Of a stretch of 64,000 bases of DNA, positions 37,700 to 51,816 are shown piece after piece (position 1 is the first letter of the stretch; every line of letters begins with the position of its first letter). The position numbers and the translations under genes were made by a program. The stretch spans positions 21,886,001-21,950,000 of the forward strand of contig OZ024742.1 in the NCBI GenBank assembly GCA_964016885.1. The letters are read 5' to 3'. Below the pieces are notes generated by a model. It was not told where the DNA came from. It ran no database searches and worked only from the letters and a program-made list of their open reading frames with translations. The DNA comes from Eledone cirrhosa. Lineage: Eukaryota.

Positions 37700-38333
37700 A
37701 ACATCTTGTATTGCATACAAAAGCTAAACTCGGTATCTTCAATTCGGTATTCATACCAACCCTTAACTATGGACATGAATCTTCGGTAATAACCGAAGGA
37801 ATATGATCGTGAATATAAGCGGCGGAAATGAGGTTCCTCCGAAGGGTCTTTTAGTAACGTTACTCGGTAGAGTGAATAGAACAGAGATCAGAGAAACGCT
37901 CCAGGTAGAGATGCCATTTCTCGGAATTGGGAGACCACAGCCCTGATATTACAGACATGTGGTTAGAATGTCTCAGGAAAGAATCGCTGAGGAGATTCTG
38001 GGGAAAAGGAAAAACAGTCAGGAAACCCAGAAGTAGACAATGAGCAAAATGGTTGTGAAACATCCATAATCTCGGTTCGTGACGCTCGGGGACTTAGGTG
38101 CATCATTTAGTAACGGCTTCTGATATGAACCTTGGGAAGTCATGTTATGTTAAAAATAGAGCCTGAGCAAGATGCTTGGATAACATCCCTAAGCTCGGCC
38201 GGTCTGACTTGGGGATCCAGCCGGATCAAGGGGAGACGGTTGCTTCTGGCAGGAAGGGGTGTTTCAGGAATATGCCCGCTCCACCTTCTCAGGAATAAAT
38301 GAGCAAAGAAGAAGAAGAAGAAGAAGAAGAAGA
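37700..38333 (+). mobile_element. RTE-clade LINE 3' fragment(s) with (GAA)n tail
   Basis: AKLGIFNSVFIPTLNYGHES...AAEMRFLRR; paralogous to 36180-36603. Confidence 0.7.
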
Positions 38334-38503
38334 ATATGCTTTGTACGTTATAATGTCTTTCATTTTCATTTTGTAATTAATATATGATTACACTATTTTC
38401 TCTGCCATATATTGCTATCTATATAACAGCTTATCTATATTGTCCACAAATACGACTGTATAAAGTTTTATAAGCAACTCAAATCTTTATATTTTGTTTC
38501 CAG

Positions 38504-38643
38504 ACGGTAAAACAACAACAAACTTGAAAACAGCTCGTGTCCAACTGCTGCTACCTTCACAATGTAAACGGTATTTTGGTGAGGTCACCGAGCAACATGT
38601 TTGTGGTGGTTCTGGTATATGGAATGGTCCTGAAGCTTGTCAT
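38504..38643 (+). CDS. Protease gene C exon 5
   Basis: ccAG | DGKTTTNLKTARVQLLLPSQCKRYFGEVTEQHVCGGSGIWNGPEACH | gtaaat, phase 0. Confidence 0.9.
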
Positions 38644-38798
38644 GTAAATATCTCTCAATTCATTTAACATTCACCTCTTTATTTGTCATATTCTCTCTCT
38701 GTTTCTCCTCCTCTCACACATGCCGTACACTTTCTTCCTATATAATATATGTGTTATATACACACACATATATATATATATATGGGGTCTTACTGGTT

Positions 38799-38845
<47 letters not shown>

Positions 38846-38848
<3 letters not shown>

Positions 38849-39036
38849 CAAAAGTATGACCCCGACGGCAGAGCTCAAGCCGGTAATAGGAGTAGCTCAG
38901 TCCAGAAATAGCCGTCGAAACTGCTTGAGCTCTGCCGTCGGGTTCATACTTGTTCCTATTTCCCACTCTACTACCCTAAGTATTGAGTACTCTGGTGCGT
39001 TATTGTCCATCTGGTTCCTTACCACAAATCCTTTGT

Positions 39037-39037
<1 letters not shown>
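38846..39037 (+). mobile_element. Family P copy
   Basis: Palindrome + tail, (TA)n both sides. Confidence 0.8.
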
Positions 39038-39117
<80 letters not shown>

Positions 39118-39121
39118 GTGC

Positions 39122-39204
<83 letters not shown>

Positions 39205-39477
39205 GTGTGTTTGTGTGTGTGTGTGTGTGCGTAATAAAAAAAAAGGACGATTTGTTATGCCTTCATTACGTTTATCGAGTAGTGACACACGTTTCACTAT
39301 TGATCAGCTCTGTACAAATTGAACCTGTCGGGCCTATAAACCCTACAGGTTCAGTCTCTCTCCCTTTCCCCTACTCTCTCTCTCTCTCTCTCTCTCTCTC
39401 CCACACTCTCTTTCTCTCTATATAATATTTACATGTATATACATATATACCTACATACTTTTCTCACTCTCACTCTC

Positions 39478-39538
<61 letters not shown>

Positions 39539-40269
39539 AGTAGGGCCAATATAATTTATCATTAGCTTTAACAAGGCTGGTGGATTGGCACGATTTGTAG
39601 AACGTCGAACAGAACGCTTTCTGATATTTATTTACAGCTTTCTTCTTTCTGAGTTTAAATCCAGCTACGGTCAATTTTGTCCTCCAGCCTTCCCGGGTCG
39701 AAGGCTTCTCAATTATATATCGAGATCCCCTTATTCAACTTACCCCTAATTTCAAATTGATAGCCTTGTGCTTATGTTAGAACCAATATTTCATATACTC
39801 CTGTAACCTAGTCATTAACGCACTCGTACCACACCCGAAAGATGGATGGTTCTACATCTCACAGGCCCCGCTAGTCATTTCTTTCATTCCTCAGGAGTAC
39901 CTTACTCGATCTGCTCAACTATTATTTGTCATGATCGACTATTATCAGTTTCATTTGCGTTGGGGTGCACACATTTCATACTAAATGTATTTTCGATTTA
40001 AACTCAGTTCTTATTGGCTGTTCAGTTTCTTTGCGAATAAGATTAATGATGCTAGATTTTGCTTTTCTCTCTTCTCAGAGCATTAATTAAACAGAAATTT
40101 TTTCTTAATATTTAATTTAATGTCAACTTCAATATTTAGTCTCTTCGATTATAATTTATTATTAAGAAATAGAAAATATTTTTTCAAACTTTTGCACCTG
40201 TATTTTCTTGTTGGAGAAATAAGCAGGAATTTATACACAAGCTACTATTGTGAGAAACAACTCATGGGA

Positions 40270-40592
40270 GACATAGTAGAGGAATACATGCTCGAACCTT
40301 CATCGAGCAACTCTTAGACGATACAAACTTCAGTAGGGAACAGTTGCCAGGTGCAATGGAAAATCGTGAATTGTGGAGAGACTTTGTCAGGAATGTTGGA
40401 CTGTGTTCACAATGATAATGATCCATCTATCTATCTGTCTACTCTGTGCACCAACTCATGGTAGACGCAGAAAAGGAAGGCCTGCTCGAACATTCCTTAA
40501 TTAACTCTCAGATGATACAAGCCTAAATAGGGAGCAGTTGCAGGTGCAATGGAAAATTGTGTATCACGGAGAGACTTTGTCAGGAATGATGA
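40270..40592 (+). repeat. Two diverged tandem ~110-bp LINE-3'-end-like repeats abutting the exon 6 acceptor
   Basis: gctcgaac...caggtgcaatggaaaat...ggagagactttgtcaggaatg occurs twice. Confidence 0.55.
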
Positions 40593-40626
40593 GGATTTTC
40601 TTGTTGCTTGTTTTTATATTTTACAG

Positions 40627-40788
40627 GGAGATTCAGGTGGACCCTTGATGTGTTTCAATGCAGCAACCGAAGAATTAACAATTGTGGGTACCACGTCGTA
40701 TGGATCAGCGAAATGTCAAAATGGAATGGGTGTCTACGAAAATGTAGCCTATTTCGTGTCTTGGATAAATGAAATGAGAAATACCTAA
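40627..40788 (+). CDS. Protease gene C exon 6 (catalytic Ser)
   Basis: tacAG | GDSGGPLMC...IVGTTSYGSAKCQNGMGVYENVAYFVSWINEMRNT*; AATAAA 40831. Confidence 0.92.
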   Translation, partial: GDSGGPLMCFNAATEELTIVGTTSYGSAKCQNGMGVYENVAYFVSWINEMRNT

Positions 40789-40861
40789 AGCCCGATTTCA
40801 TTAAAGTTAAACAAAAAACAGAATATAGTCAATAAATAACAAATTATCTCAACAATCTACG

Positions 40862-40913
<52 letters not shown>

Positions 40914-41489
40914 GCGCCAGGTCCACTCAATACTGAGGCAAGAACGGTAAACCATTTTATTATACAGGACGGGGCATAAAGATTTCCCACATTTGTTTAA
41001 ATCCCTTCGAAATGTGGGAGTTCTTTAAACCCATCCAGTATATATAAACAGTAAAACTAACATAGTATGATACCACATCGAGGTTCGTGTTATATAAAGT
41101 GGTACATACGATCTGCTTGTATATAATAAATATATATGTAACGCTATGATTACCTTAAGCTTTAATCATGTCACAACTATCTCAGCGGCCGTGTGAGAAC
41201 ACCAAATACTAGAATTTCAGGAATTTTCTCCATCATCGGTGACGTTTACCATATTTCCTGGCGACGCTCATTTGTATAGAGTGCGTGATTCACTGAGGGG
41301 GATTAGTTAATAGTAGCACTAACATAGCCGGAATCATAATAGAGATGCATAAGGAGGTATATACGATAGGTTTGTGTAGAGTAAACATACAAGAGTCGTA
41401 GTGTGAATTATTTTAAGATGTAATCATACCACAGTTATCTTGGTAGCCGTCTGAAAATTTGGCAAATAATACAATAATACATTTATGAG

Positions 41490-41573
<84 letters not shown>

Positions 41574-41662
41574 CTTTTTACAATGGCACTAGGATCAAAC
41601 TCACAGAGTTGTAAGAAAAATGAAAATTGTATTCACTCCACTCCGACTACCTACTCAATATG

Positions 41663-41706
<44 letters not shown>

Positions 41707-42340
41707 ATAATAAAAGTATGTGTTCCTACATGTAAAACATACATATACGGGTACATGTTTTGTCCAACCGTATACTAATGTGGTTCTATGGCAGGTTAAT
41801 AAATTAACAAGCCAGAACATATAAGATCAAGGTTTAGCAAATAGAGAAGAAGTTTTAAAATAAATTTTAAAAAGTTCGCTGTACTTACTATATGTGTCTT
41901 TATCGCAGTATCCAATCCCAAAATAAACAGATAATCCAAGCGGATTTCCATTGAAAAAGAGACTTTCGTCAGAAGGCTTTTCTCAATCGGAGAATATAAA
42001 ATTCTCGAGTTCAAATCACAAACTGGCGCCATACTGTTCCCGAATGAGAGTGAATGAAGAAAGAAACAATCTTGTCTAGTGCCGTGTGTAAAGACAGAAA
42101 GCAGGGCGGACAGGTCAATGTCCTGCTACTAAAAATAGCAGCACTTCAAACGACCAAAAGATTTCTCAACCTTAGGGGAGAATTATAATAAAAGTATGTG
42201 TTCCTACATGTAAAACATACATATAGGGGTACAAGTATTGTCCAACCGTATGCCAATGTGGTTCTACGGCAGGTTAATAAATTAACAAGCCAGGACATAT
42301 GAAATAAAGGCTTAGCAAATAGAGAAAATGTTTTAAAATA
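41707..42340. repeat. Insert with ~155-bp terminal direct repeats between (TA)n tracts
   Basis: 41707-41862 resembles 42185-42340. Confidence 0.7.
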
Positions 42341-42358
42341 TATATATATATATATAAA

Positions 42359-42417
<59 letters not shown>

Positions 42418-43163
42418 TAATAATAATAAGTTGACGGACCCAGCATAGGTATCAACGCATCTCAGCGTACTCAACAGGTAATGTAAAATACACTCCCAGA
42501 GATAGACATAGTTATTCTCTTCAATACAACACACGTAAACGGGTAACTATAGTAGTTCTCGAACTCGAGTTTCTGCCACACATAATGCAGCAGTAAGGTG
42601 CACTGCACTCTCTGTCCGCACGTATTATGCAACAATGTGCATTATGTGCATGTGGCTTCATCAGCGGGTTTCGCCTAATTAATAACCAATCGATCGACAG
42701 AATTTGACTCCAGTCCATGCCGGCTATAACTGCTTGTGAAGGAAAACACAGTAACATGATTAGCAACTAGGATCTGATACAATGCTGTATATATAAAGAA
42801 GGTTAACACAGATAAGCGTTACAATAGGGTTTATTACAAGCATTTACATTTGTTTCATCACCAGGTGTTAAATTGATTTATGTCTTGAAATCGTTATTCT
42901 TAACAATCTATTGCGAAAACATCGATTTTAAATACAGAAAAATAATTACAACGCTTATCTATTTTAATCCTCTTTTTACTTTTGTAACTACTCCACGGAT
43001 TAATGATCACTGAACTATAAAGGAACTACCCTTCGATCAACCTACCGTAGTAAACAGGTTGTTGAGTCAACTCCCACTGTACACTGAAACACTTTTCGTT
43101 ATAGGATACTCTAACCCTGAACTAGGGAAACCCAAAGTGATATCTCATTTACTGATATATATG

Positions 43164-43247
<84 letters not shown>

Positions 43248-43256
43248 TACATATAT

Positions 43257-43450
43257 AGGAAATGAGTCAGGACCCGGACGGCTGAGTTCCGGCCGTTTCG
43301 ACAGCTAGATCTGAAAAGCTTGGATCTAGCTGTCGAAACTACCGGAGCTCAGCCGTCGGGGTCCTGACTATTTTCCTATTACCCACTCTACTACCCTAAG
43401 TATTGAGTACTCTGGTACATTATGCTCCACCTGGTATCTTACAACACCCT
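43257..43450 (+). mobile_element. Family P copy (second subfamily)
   Basis: Palindrome + tail after (TA)n. Confidence 0.8.
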
Positions 43451-43458
43451 CATTGTTT

Positions 43459-43498
<40 letters not shown>

Positions 43499-43508
43499 TA
43501 TATATATG

Positions 43509-43633
<125 letters not shown>

Positions 43634-43651
43634 GACAGTTAGTTTACCACA

Positions 43652-43692
43652 CCGAGAACAAATGTTTCACCTTAAGCGGATCTTCAGCTCGG
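43652..43692 (-). ncRNA. Minimal type I hammerhead (GUU site)
   Basis: CCGAG-CTGAAGA-TCCGCTTAAGGT-GAAAC-ATTT-GTT-CTCGG. Confidence 0.65.
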
Positions 43693-43699
43693 ACTGAAG

Positions 43700-43880
43700 A
43701 AAGTGAGGTAAGATAAGAAACCAGGTTAACTAGAACGGACCAGAGTAGTCGATACTTGGGGTAGTAGTAGAGTGGGTAATAGGAAAAGAGTCAGGACCCC
43801 GACGGCTGAGCTCAGGCCGTTTCGACAGCTTGATCAGAATTGTTGAAACGGCCAGAACTCAGTCGTCGGGGTCTGACTAT

Positions 43881-43885
<5 letters not shown>
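43700..43885 (-). mobile_element. Family P copy
   Basis: Reverse orientation, ends in (TA)n. Confidence 0.75.
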
Positions 43886-43917
<32 letters not shown>

Positions 43918-44326
43918 TAGATAGATAGATAGATAGATATATATATTATATATATATATATATTTCAACGACCTCCAAAGGAATGAGACAATGTATTAAA
44001 AAGAATATCATAAGAAAATACGAGAGAATCTATTGAAAAGTAACTAAATTGTGAACCAACCACGTTGTCAACTTTACGTTATTCAATAAGCACAAATAAT
44101 ATTTTATATTGATTAACCTGAAGGCAAATTTAAAAGGAAATTATAATCAATTGAATCAACTAGAGAATATTAATGCTGCTCACCATATTCATCTTTGAAA
44201 TATATAAGACAGGGAGGAAATTCTATATATTTGAACTTATATCCCGAACAATAGTCACGCTGAAATTTTACGTAAATATATCAGGTCTCGTTGAATTGTG
44301 TCTCCATCACGTCTGTTGTTATACTA

Positions 44327-44459
<133 letters not shown>

Positions 44460-44482
44460 GGGGGGGTGTATGTGCATGTATG

Positions 44483-44548
<66 letters not shown>

Positions 44549-44714
44549 CTGTACATAAAACCAGATATAATACGGTTTTACACAATAAACATATGGGTTG
44601 CATCGTAACGAAACGAAAACAATTTTATTTTGCTCTTTGTTTCAGTATTTTGAGAATGTCATAGAGTGCTGTTTCAGGATTTGTTAATCTGCCATCACTG
44701 ACTCTCACTCTAAA

Positions 44715-44773
<59 letters not shown>

Positions 44774-44890
44774 AGAAGGTGAGTAATATTGATGAAAAAT
44801 AAAACTATGTATATATCAGATAAGTAGCACTCAACAGTTGGTAGAACTCTTTTAACCATCTTTTAATTTCTTCTTTATTATATATAGATA

Positions 44891-45006
<116 letters not shown>

Positions 45007-45034
45007 TGTGTCTGTGTCTGTGTGTGTGTGTGTG

Positions 45035-45169
<135 letters not shown>

Positions 45170-45175
45170 GTATGT

Positions 45176-45572
45176 ATTAATATATGATAAACATTTACAT
45201 ATTTTTGTTGCAATTGACAATAAAATAGCTAGAATGAAATATCTTAATTCAAATACATATAGTCTGCCTGTGTCGATCTAAAAAATAATAAATCAATACT
45301 CACAAACACATATGGGCAAAAGGCCTTGGTACCTAGACACGTTTAAATTTCAAAATACAAACTTTTTCCGCAGATCATCCGAACTTCAAAATTTAAACAT
45401 GTTTCACGTGTCTAGGTACCAAGGCCTTTTGCCCATATGTGTTTGTGAGTATTGATATATTATTTTTTAGATCGACACAGGCGGACTATATGTATTTGAA
45501 TTAAGATATTTCATTCTAGCTATTTTATTGTCAATTGCAACAAAAACATGTAAATGTTTATCATATATTAAT
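45176..45572. repeat. Fold-back inverted repeat (~167-bp arms, 63-bp spacer) beside (TA)n
   Basis: 45176-45342 is the reverse complement of 45406-45572. Confidence 0.85.
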
Positions 45573-45647
45573 TTATACTGCTCAGAAGTGATTCTTAGAG
45601 CTAAAATAATTGTAAATGACCCCATTGAGTGTAAACTCTAAGTTATA

Positions 45648-45731
<84 letters not shown>

Positions 45732-45912
45732 GTATATATATATATATATATATACATATGTATATATATATGACCATCGGTGTAGGTTTTTTTAGTTTTC
45801 TGAAATACAGACCACCTTTCAATATTGAATATTTTTGTAGTAACACAATGTTCATCATGATTTAAACTAAATATAAGAACTTACTCGCTTGGTTGTATTT
45901 TGCCTTCTTTTA

Positions 45913-46098
45913 TAATTGTTTCTACTTTTGGCACAAGGCCACCAATTATACAGTACATTACTGGTACTTTATTTTATCGACCCCGTAAGGATGAAAGGCA
46001 AAGTTAACCTCGACGGGATTTGAACTCAGACCGTAAAGGGACGTAACTATGCTAGAAAGCATGGCGTCCAACCCTCTGTCGATACTGCCAATTCACCG
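45913..46098 (-). mobile_element. SINE family S
   Basis: Reverse complement of family S. Confidence 0.85.
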
Positions 46099-47232
46099 AC
46101 TTATTTTATAATAATATCAAAATGCCTGAGTGTGTGTCCGTGAAATATATACACCAAGTCCGAACACAAAGGAACCAAACTCGCACTGTCACTGCCTCCG
46201 TCTCTTCCACTCACCCCATCTAACTATTATGAGGAAATGGGGATCCATATGCTGGCCACACGTGGCTCCAGTGGTCAGAATAGAGAAGGCGTTTCCTCGG
46301 GATGAGTATTGACGTACATGGGAGTCGAACCCACATTATAGGTCATCCAGATTAATTTTTTTAGTGGAAATACACCGATAGTTTCTATTTCTACCAAATA
46401 TATATATATATGTAATATTCGATTGACAAGATCCCAGACCTCATTCGCTTAACGAGTGGAGAGTGGAGCTTGTCAAATCGGACCGAGGAAACAATGTTTC
46501 CATTGGTCTTTCCAATTGCTAATACCATGTATCGGTCGCAAATCCAAGCAGAAAAGCAATGTGAAATAAAGCGTCTTGCTCAAGGAAATAACGCATCATC
46601 CGGTCCGGGAATCAAACTCGCAACCTCACGAATGCAAATCCAAAGTTTTAAAATAAATAAACCGCAAAATGTTGTTGCGAATTCTTACCGTTGTCTTCTC
46701 ACGAATTGTTTTGCCTGTTAATTATAAGCAATTGATGAGAAATAAAATAACCTCAAATAGTTTAACATAAATATTCCTAAATTGTAAACCACATGTACGA
46801 AATATATTTTCTTTCTTTTGTTCCTTCGCTAACCTACAACATTTATTAACTTTGTAGAATAGAAAAAATATACCAATGATACACTGAAGAATAAAGATAC
46901 TAATCGTTTGGCATCTATTTTTTTACGTTCATCATTCTAAGATAAAATCTTTATCTTTATAGATCTGTCTACTTCATGGAAATGTAATTTCTTTAAAGTA
47001 CGACAATATACAAGATATAAAATAAAACAAGGAACATTGAAATAAAGAAGGAAATTACATTAAAAAACTACAAATTAATGCAGAGTCTTTCCCATCTCTC
47101 TTAATCCACTTAAATGTCTCCTACGTAAATCTACATTTTTCTTTCTGATTTTTTTTTTTCGCTAACAAATTGCTTTTCTGTTGATATTCAGACATGGTGT
47201 TAAATGAAAATTAAAATAGAATGTCACAAATA

Positions 47233-47400
47233 AATAATTGTTTCTACTTTTGGCACATGGCCAGCAATTATCCCTGTGTATTACTGGTACTTTATTTTAT
47301 TGACCCCCGTAAGGATGAAAGGCAAAGTTAACCTCTGCGGGATTTGAACTCAGACCATAAATGGCCGTAACTCTATTGCACAAAGCATGGCGTCCGACCC
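47233..47400 (-). mobile_element. SINE family S (5'-truncated)
   Basis: Reverse complement of family S. Confidence 0.8.
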
Positions 47401-47599
47401 CAAATAAATGATGAATGTAGAAAAGGGTAAGTGTATAAATTAAACCAAGCAACCAAATGGTGAACAGCTACAGTTTGGTTTCGGATGTAGTGGTAATAGG
47501 ATGTGACCCTACCACTTCCACTTTGCAGATATTATTCCTGTTGCAATAACGGCTAAGCATGGACAGCGCACTGCTCTGAGTTGTGGGAACAGGACAATA

Positions 47600-47793
47600 A
47601 ATAATTGTTTCTACTTTTGGCACAAGGCCATAAATCACCCAGTGCATTACTGGTACTTTATTTTATCGACCCCGTAAGGATGAAAAGCAACGTTAACCTT
47701 GGCGGGATTTGAACTCAGAAAGGCAAGGGCCGTAACTCTATGCGTCAAAGCATGGCGTCCGACCCTCTACCGATATTACCAATACACCGCCCC
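47600..47793 (-). mobile_element. SINE family S
   Basis: Full-length reverse complement. Confidence 0.85.
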
Positions 47794-47831
47794 ATAATAA
47801 ATAAATAATAAGCAGGTTTCTCAACGTCTTT

Positions 47832-48075
47832 TCTTCTTCTTCTTCTTCTTCTTCTAGCAGAGTCCTCAGACACGCCTTCCAGAATATCCTATCAGAAGCA
47901 ACCGTCTCCCAATTATCCGGCTTGATCCCCAAGGGAGATCAACCGAGCTATGGGAAGTTATGCTCGTAGTCTACCTTGAGGGTTTCCTGCCCGTTGACTT
48001 TGCTCGTAAAAGTCAGATCTGTCCAGTGATACTTTTCTTAAACGTTCTAACCACATGCTCATAGTACCAGAACTC
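47832..48075 (-). mobile_element. RTE-clade LINE 3' fragment with (GAA)n tail
   Basis: GIKPDNWETVASDRIFWKACLRTL; a similar 3' end lies at ~57968-58150. Confidence 0.65.
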
Positions 48076-48533
48076 GGAGATCTTGTGTAGAAAAAGAAAA
48101 CTTCGAAGTAAATCGTGGTCGGTTTGTGGTGTTTAATGATTCGGTAAAAATTGTATAACACTGATAAAGGGTAAGGCTACAACTGCAAATGAAGACGCCG
48201 CAGATGTTTTTTCAAGCTTTACCATAAATATATTATTGATGAATAAAAATATACTTCGTAAAAGAGACAGGTCTCTTTTGATGATGAATGCCAAATTATC
48301 AGACATTTATAGTTTTAAAAACCTGCTCTTTTATTCAGGTGTTAAAAGTTCATATTTTCTCACTTTGTGACAAAGTGGACGCAACATTGTCGAATGGTTA
48401 AAAAGTTGACATCGTAATATTTAGGTTTCGGCTTTAATCGTCTCATCTTCGATAATGTCATTTACCATAACCTCGAGTCAAACTATGCCTTATGAGTGAG
48501 AATGTTTAGGCAGAAATTGTTTAGAAATCTATC

Positions 48534-49145
48534 GCATAGACTTTACATGAAACTCAAAGGACCAGCCGCATAGACTTTACATGAAACTCAAAGGACCAGC
48601 TGCATAGACTTTACATGAAACTCAAAGGACCAGCCGCATAGACTTTACATGAAACTCAAAGGACCAGCCGCATAGACTTTACATGAAACTCAAAGGACCA
48701 GCCGCATAGACTTTACATGAAACTCAAAGGACCAGCTGCATAGACTTTACATGAAACTCAAAGGACCAGCCGCATAGACTTTACATGAAACTCAAAGGAC
48801 CAGCCGCATAGACTTTACATGAAACTCAAAGGACCAGCTGCATAGACTTTACATGAAACTCAAAGGACCAGCTGCATAGACTTTACATGAAACTCAAAGG
48901 ACCAGCCGCATAGACTTTACATGAAACTCAAAGGACCAGCTGCATAGACTTTACATGAAACTCAAAGGACCAGCCGCATAGACTTTACATGAAACTCAAA
49001 GGACCAGCCGCATAGACTTTACATGAAACTCAAAGGACCAGCCGCATAGACTTTACATGAAACTCAAAGGACCAGCTGCATAGACTTTACATGAAACTCA
49101 AAGGACCAGCCGCATAGACTTTACATGAAACTCAAAGGACCAGCT
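48534..49145. repeat. Minisatellite, 18 x 34 bp
   Basis: gcatagactttacatgaaactcaaaggaccagcY, identical apart from one C/T site. Confidence 0.95.
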
Positions 49146-49683
49146 TTGTAATATACTGTGTCACCCTGAATCCATCTGAAATTGACGCATAAGTACGCAT
49201 ATCTGTGAAATGCTTCGCACTCCGTACTGTAATTTCAAGAGCAGTCTGTTCCATTGACTGAGCCATCGTGACGCCCATCGTAGAAATAGAATGAAGTCCA
49301 TTCCTAATTATGAAACTGAAGCTCTGATATGTTTATCACTCTGACACACTAGTAACTATGAGAGACTACCCTAACTCTCATCTTCTAGTTACATGGCGAT
49401 GAAATGTTTTAAAATGATCCACTCATTCCTCATCCTTAAACATGCTCTTTACTGCCACGGGAAAATATAGCCCAGATTATGGAAAGGAAATTTGTCATTT
49501 TTATACATATACGAATTTTTCTAACTCCATCGCGAGGAGGCTGGGTTAATAACAAATGTATAGAAATTATTTTTGATAGATATTATTTGTAGAAATCTTT
49601 ATATATTATTTTTGTATATTGATATATGACTATCGGAGGAAGTATACATGAGTATTCGATACATGGGGAGATGTGGGGTGGGT

Positions 49684-49757
49684 AGAGAGATGTGCAAAAT
49701 CCGGACCGCGACGCCGAAACGATTCGGCGCCACGCTCGGGATTTTACACATCTCTCT
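49684..49757. repeat. GC-rich imperfect hairpin (35-bp arms)
   Basis: agagagatgtgcaaaatccggaccgcgacgccgaa-acga-ttcggcgccacgctcgggattttacacatctctct. Confidence 0.7.
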
Positions 49758-49857
49758 CTCTATATATTTTTTTTTCAGAGAGAGAGAAAGAGAGAGGGAG
49801 AGGTGGGGCAGACACACTGACAGACAGGCATATATATATACAGAGAGAGAGAGAGGG

Positions 49858-49915
<58 letters not shown>

Positions 49916-50668
49916 AATAGTGGATCTACCTTTGCTTTCTACGAAAATCACACAGATGTCCTAAGGCCAATTGACCATGACAATTTGTTATAGACCCTGA
50001 TCTTTGAAATATAGAGAATCTATTTAAGAGTCTTCCACAGTTTCTGTCGGTGTGATGTATATGACAAGGCTTCTGTCGACCAGAGTTTATTGTAAAAACA
50101 CTTTCTAAATTATTTATGGAAATATAAAAGATATTCTGAAACTGAAGTGAAAACCAAACCAAACAGTGAGTGTGTTTTACTATTTTTTGACAATATTAGA
50201 ACAACATGACCCTCACCAAATATAACAATATCTGTTTCAACACACGATTTCATATTAAAAAAACTATGCAAAACAAATACATCTCTACCACTTTCTCAAT
50301 GTTCTAAGCAATAGGATTTAATCATGCTCATTACGATTGCGAGATGACCTTCTTAGACACACAGACATATTCCTTTGGTGGCGAATTGGCAGTCTTTAGA
50401 ACATCGGATAGAATGGTTTACTGTATTCGTTCCCGTTTGCTACACACTCTGTTCAAATCTCATCGAGGTCAACTTAGTCTTGCATCCTTTTGAGGTCGAT
50501 AAATATAGTACCAGTCAAGTACTGCAGTCGATTCTTCCTTTATATCTACTGCTCTATCTCTTTCTAATATCAACCACTTTACAGAGTGTACTAAGTACAT
50601 TTTCTCATAGCACCAATGTTAAAGAGAGTTACATTCTAGATAAGACTGTTGGGCTCTCCTTCTCTCTA

Positions 50669-50706
<38 letters not shown>

Positions 50707-51816
50707 TCCTTCTATGGAGGGAACCAGCTGTGTTTACACCTGGAGAGAAGATGGGCTCCGTCAGGTTTAAAAATATATCCAAGAAAAGCTGTACGTCACT
50801 ACTTCACCCCTGAGTCTCGACCAGGAGTTACAGATTTATATATTCTCCACTTCTCTAAATTTCAATCTTTCTGATATTCCGAAACACTATGACAATATTG
50901 TGTACACATATATATATATCTTTCGAATGTGAAATAGTTCAGAATTTTATTTCGTTTATTTATTTCGTTTTGGTTTTCGTTGTTGTTTTTTTTTACCCAG
51001 AAATGATTATTGATTTTACTTAACTCGTAAAACATGGGATTCTCTTTTGTCAGAACCAGTAATAGAATAAAAAGTGTAAACCATTCATTGGTTTTCTAAT
51101 GGATGTCTTTTTATTACTGAACCTTAATTTTATTATTATTAGGAGATTAAAAGAACTTGATTGCATTCTATATATTTATGCATTCAGCCGTACAACATTT
51201 TTCAACATAAACTATACATTTTTTTTAATATCCAATTTCAGTTCTAGCATGTTTATTAACTTTACTTTGACAGCAGTGAAATAAATAATCAATTCCAGTC
51301 GGTGCCATATAAACCTATAGATATTTAACGCATATGTTCCAGCGCTGGTGTATGAGCTTTCCTGTGAGTAAGTGTGTGTATGAGTATTTATTATACATAT
51401 TCTAGGTGTATTTTTCTCAAGGTTTGATATAAAATTCTGAAGGATATAGACAAGACAGGTAGTAGTGACTTTCCAGTGTATGTCTATGGTGTGAGTGCTT
51501 GATGTTTGTATGATGTGCGTATGGGGTGTGTATATTTGTGTATATGAGTATATAATATATGTTTGGTGTTTGTATGATGTGCGTATGATTTGTGTGTATA
51601 TTATATGTGCGTATATAATATGTACTTGATATGTGTATGATAGGCATATGATCTGTGTGTATTAATATGTGTATATGATATGATCTGTGTTTATGTGTAT
51701 GTATTTATATATGTATCTGTGTATGCATGTATGTATATATGTATGTATGCATGTATGTATGTATATATGTTTTTCATTTATTCTGGTACGATAATATATA
51801 AAGAATCACTCTAGGG

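Noticed and set aside
40549-40626. N-terminal part of ORF 40549-40788 (likewise 607-621 and 57308-57338)
   Set aside because: Intronic sequence upstream of clear AG acceptors
42654-42676. - strand GGC-GAAAC-CCG-CTGATGA-AGCC
   Set aside because: Core halves adjacent in permuted order with no room for stems I and III
48534-49145. CRISPR-like array of 34-bp repeats
   Set aside because: Repeats are head-to-tail with no unique spacers, there are no cas genes, and the context is eukaryotic
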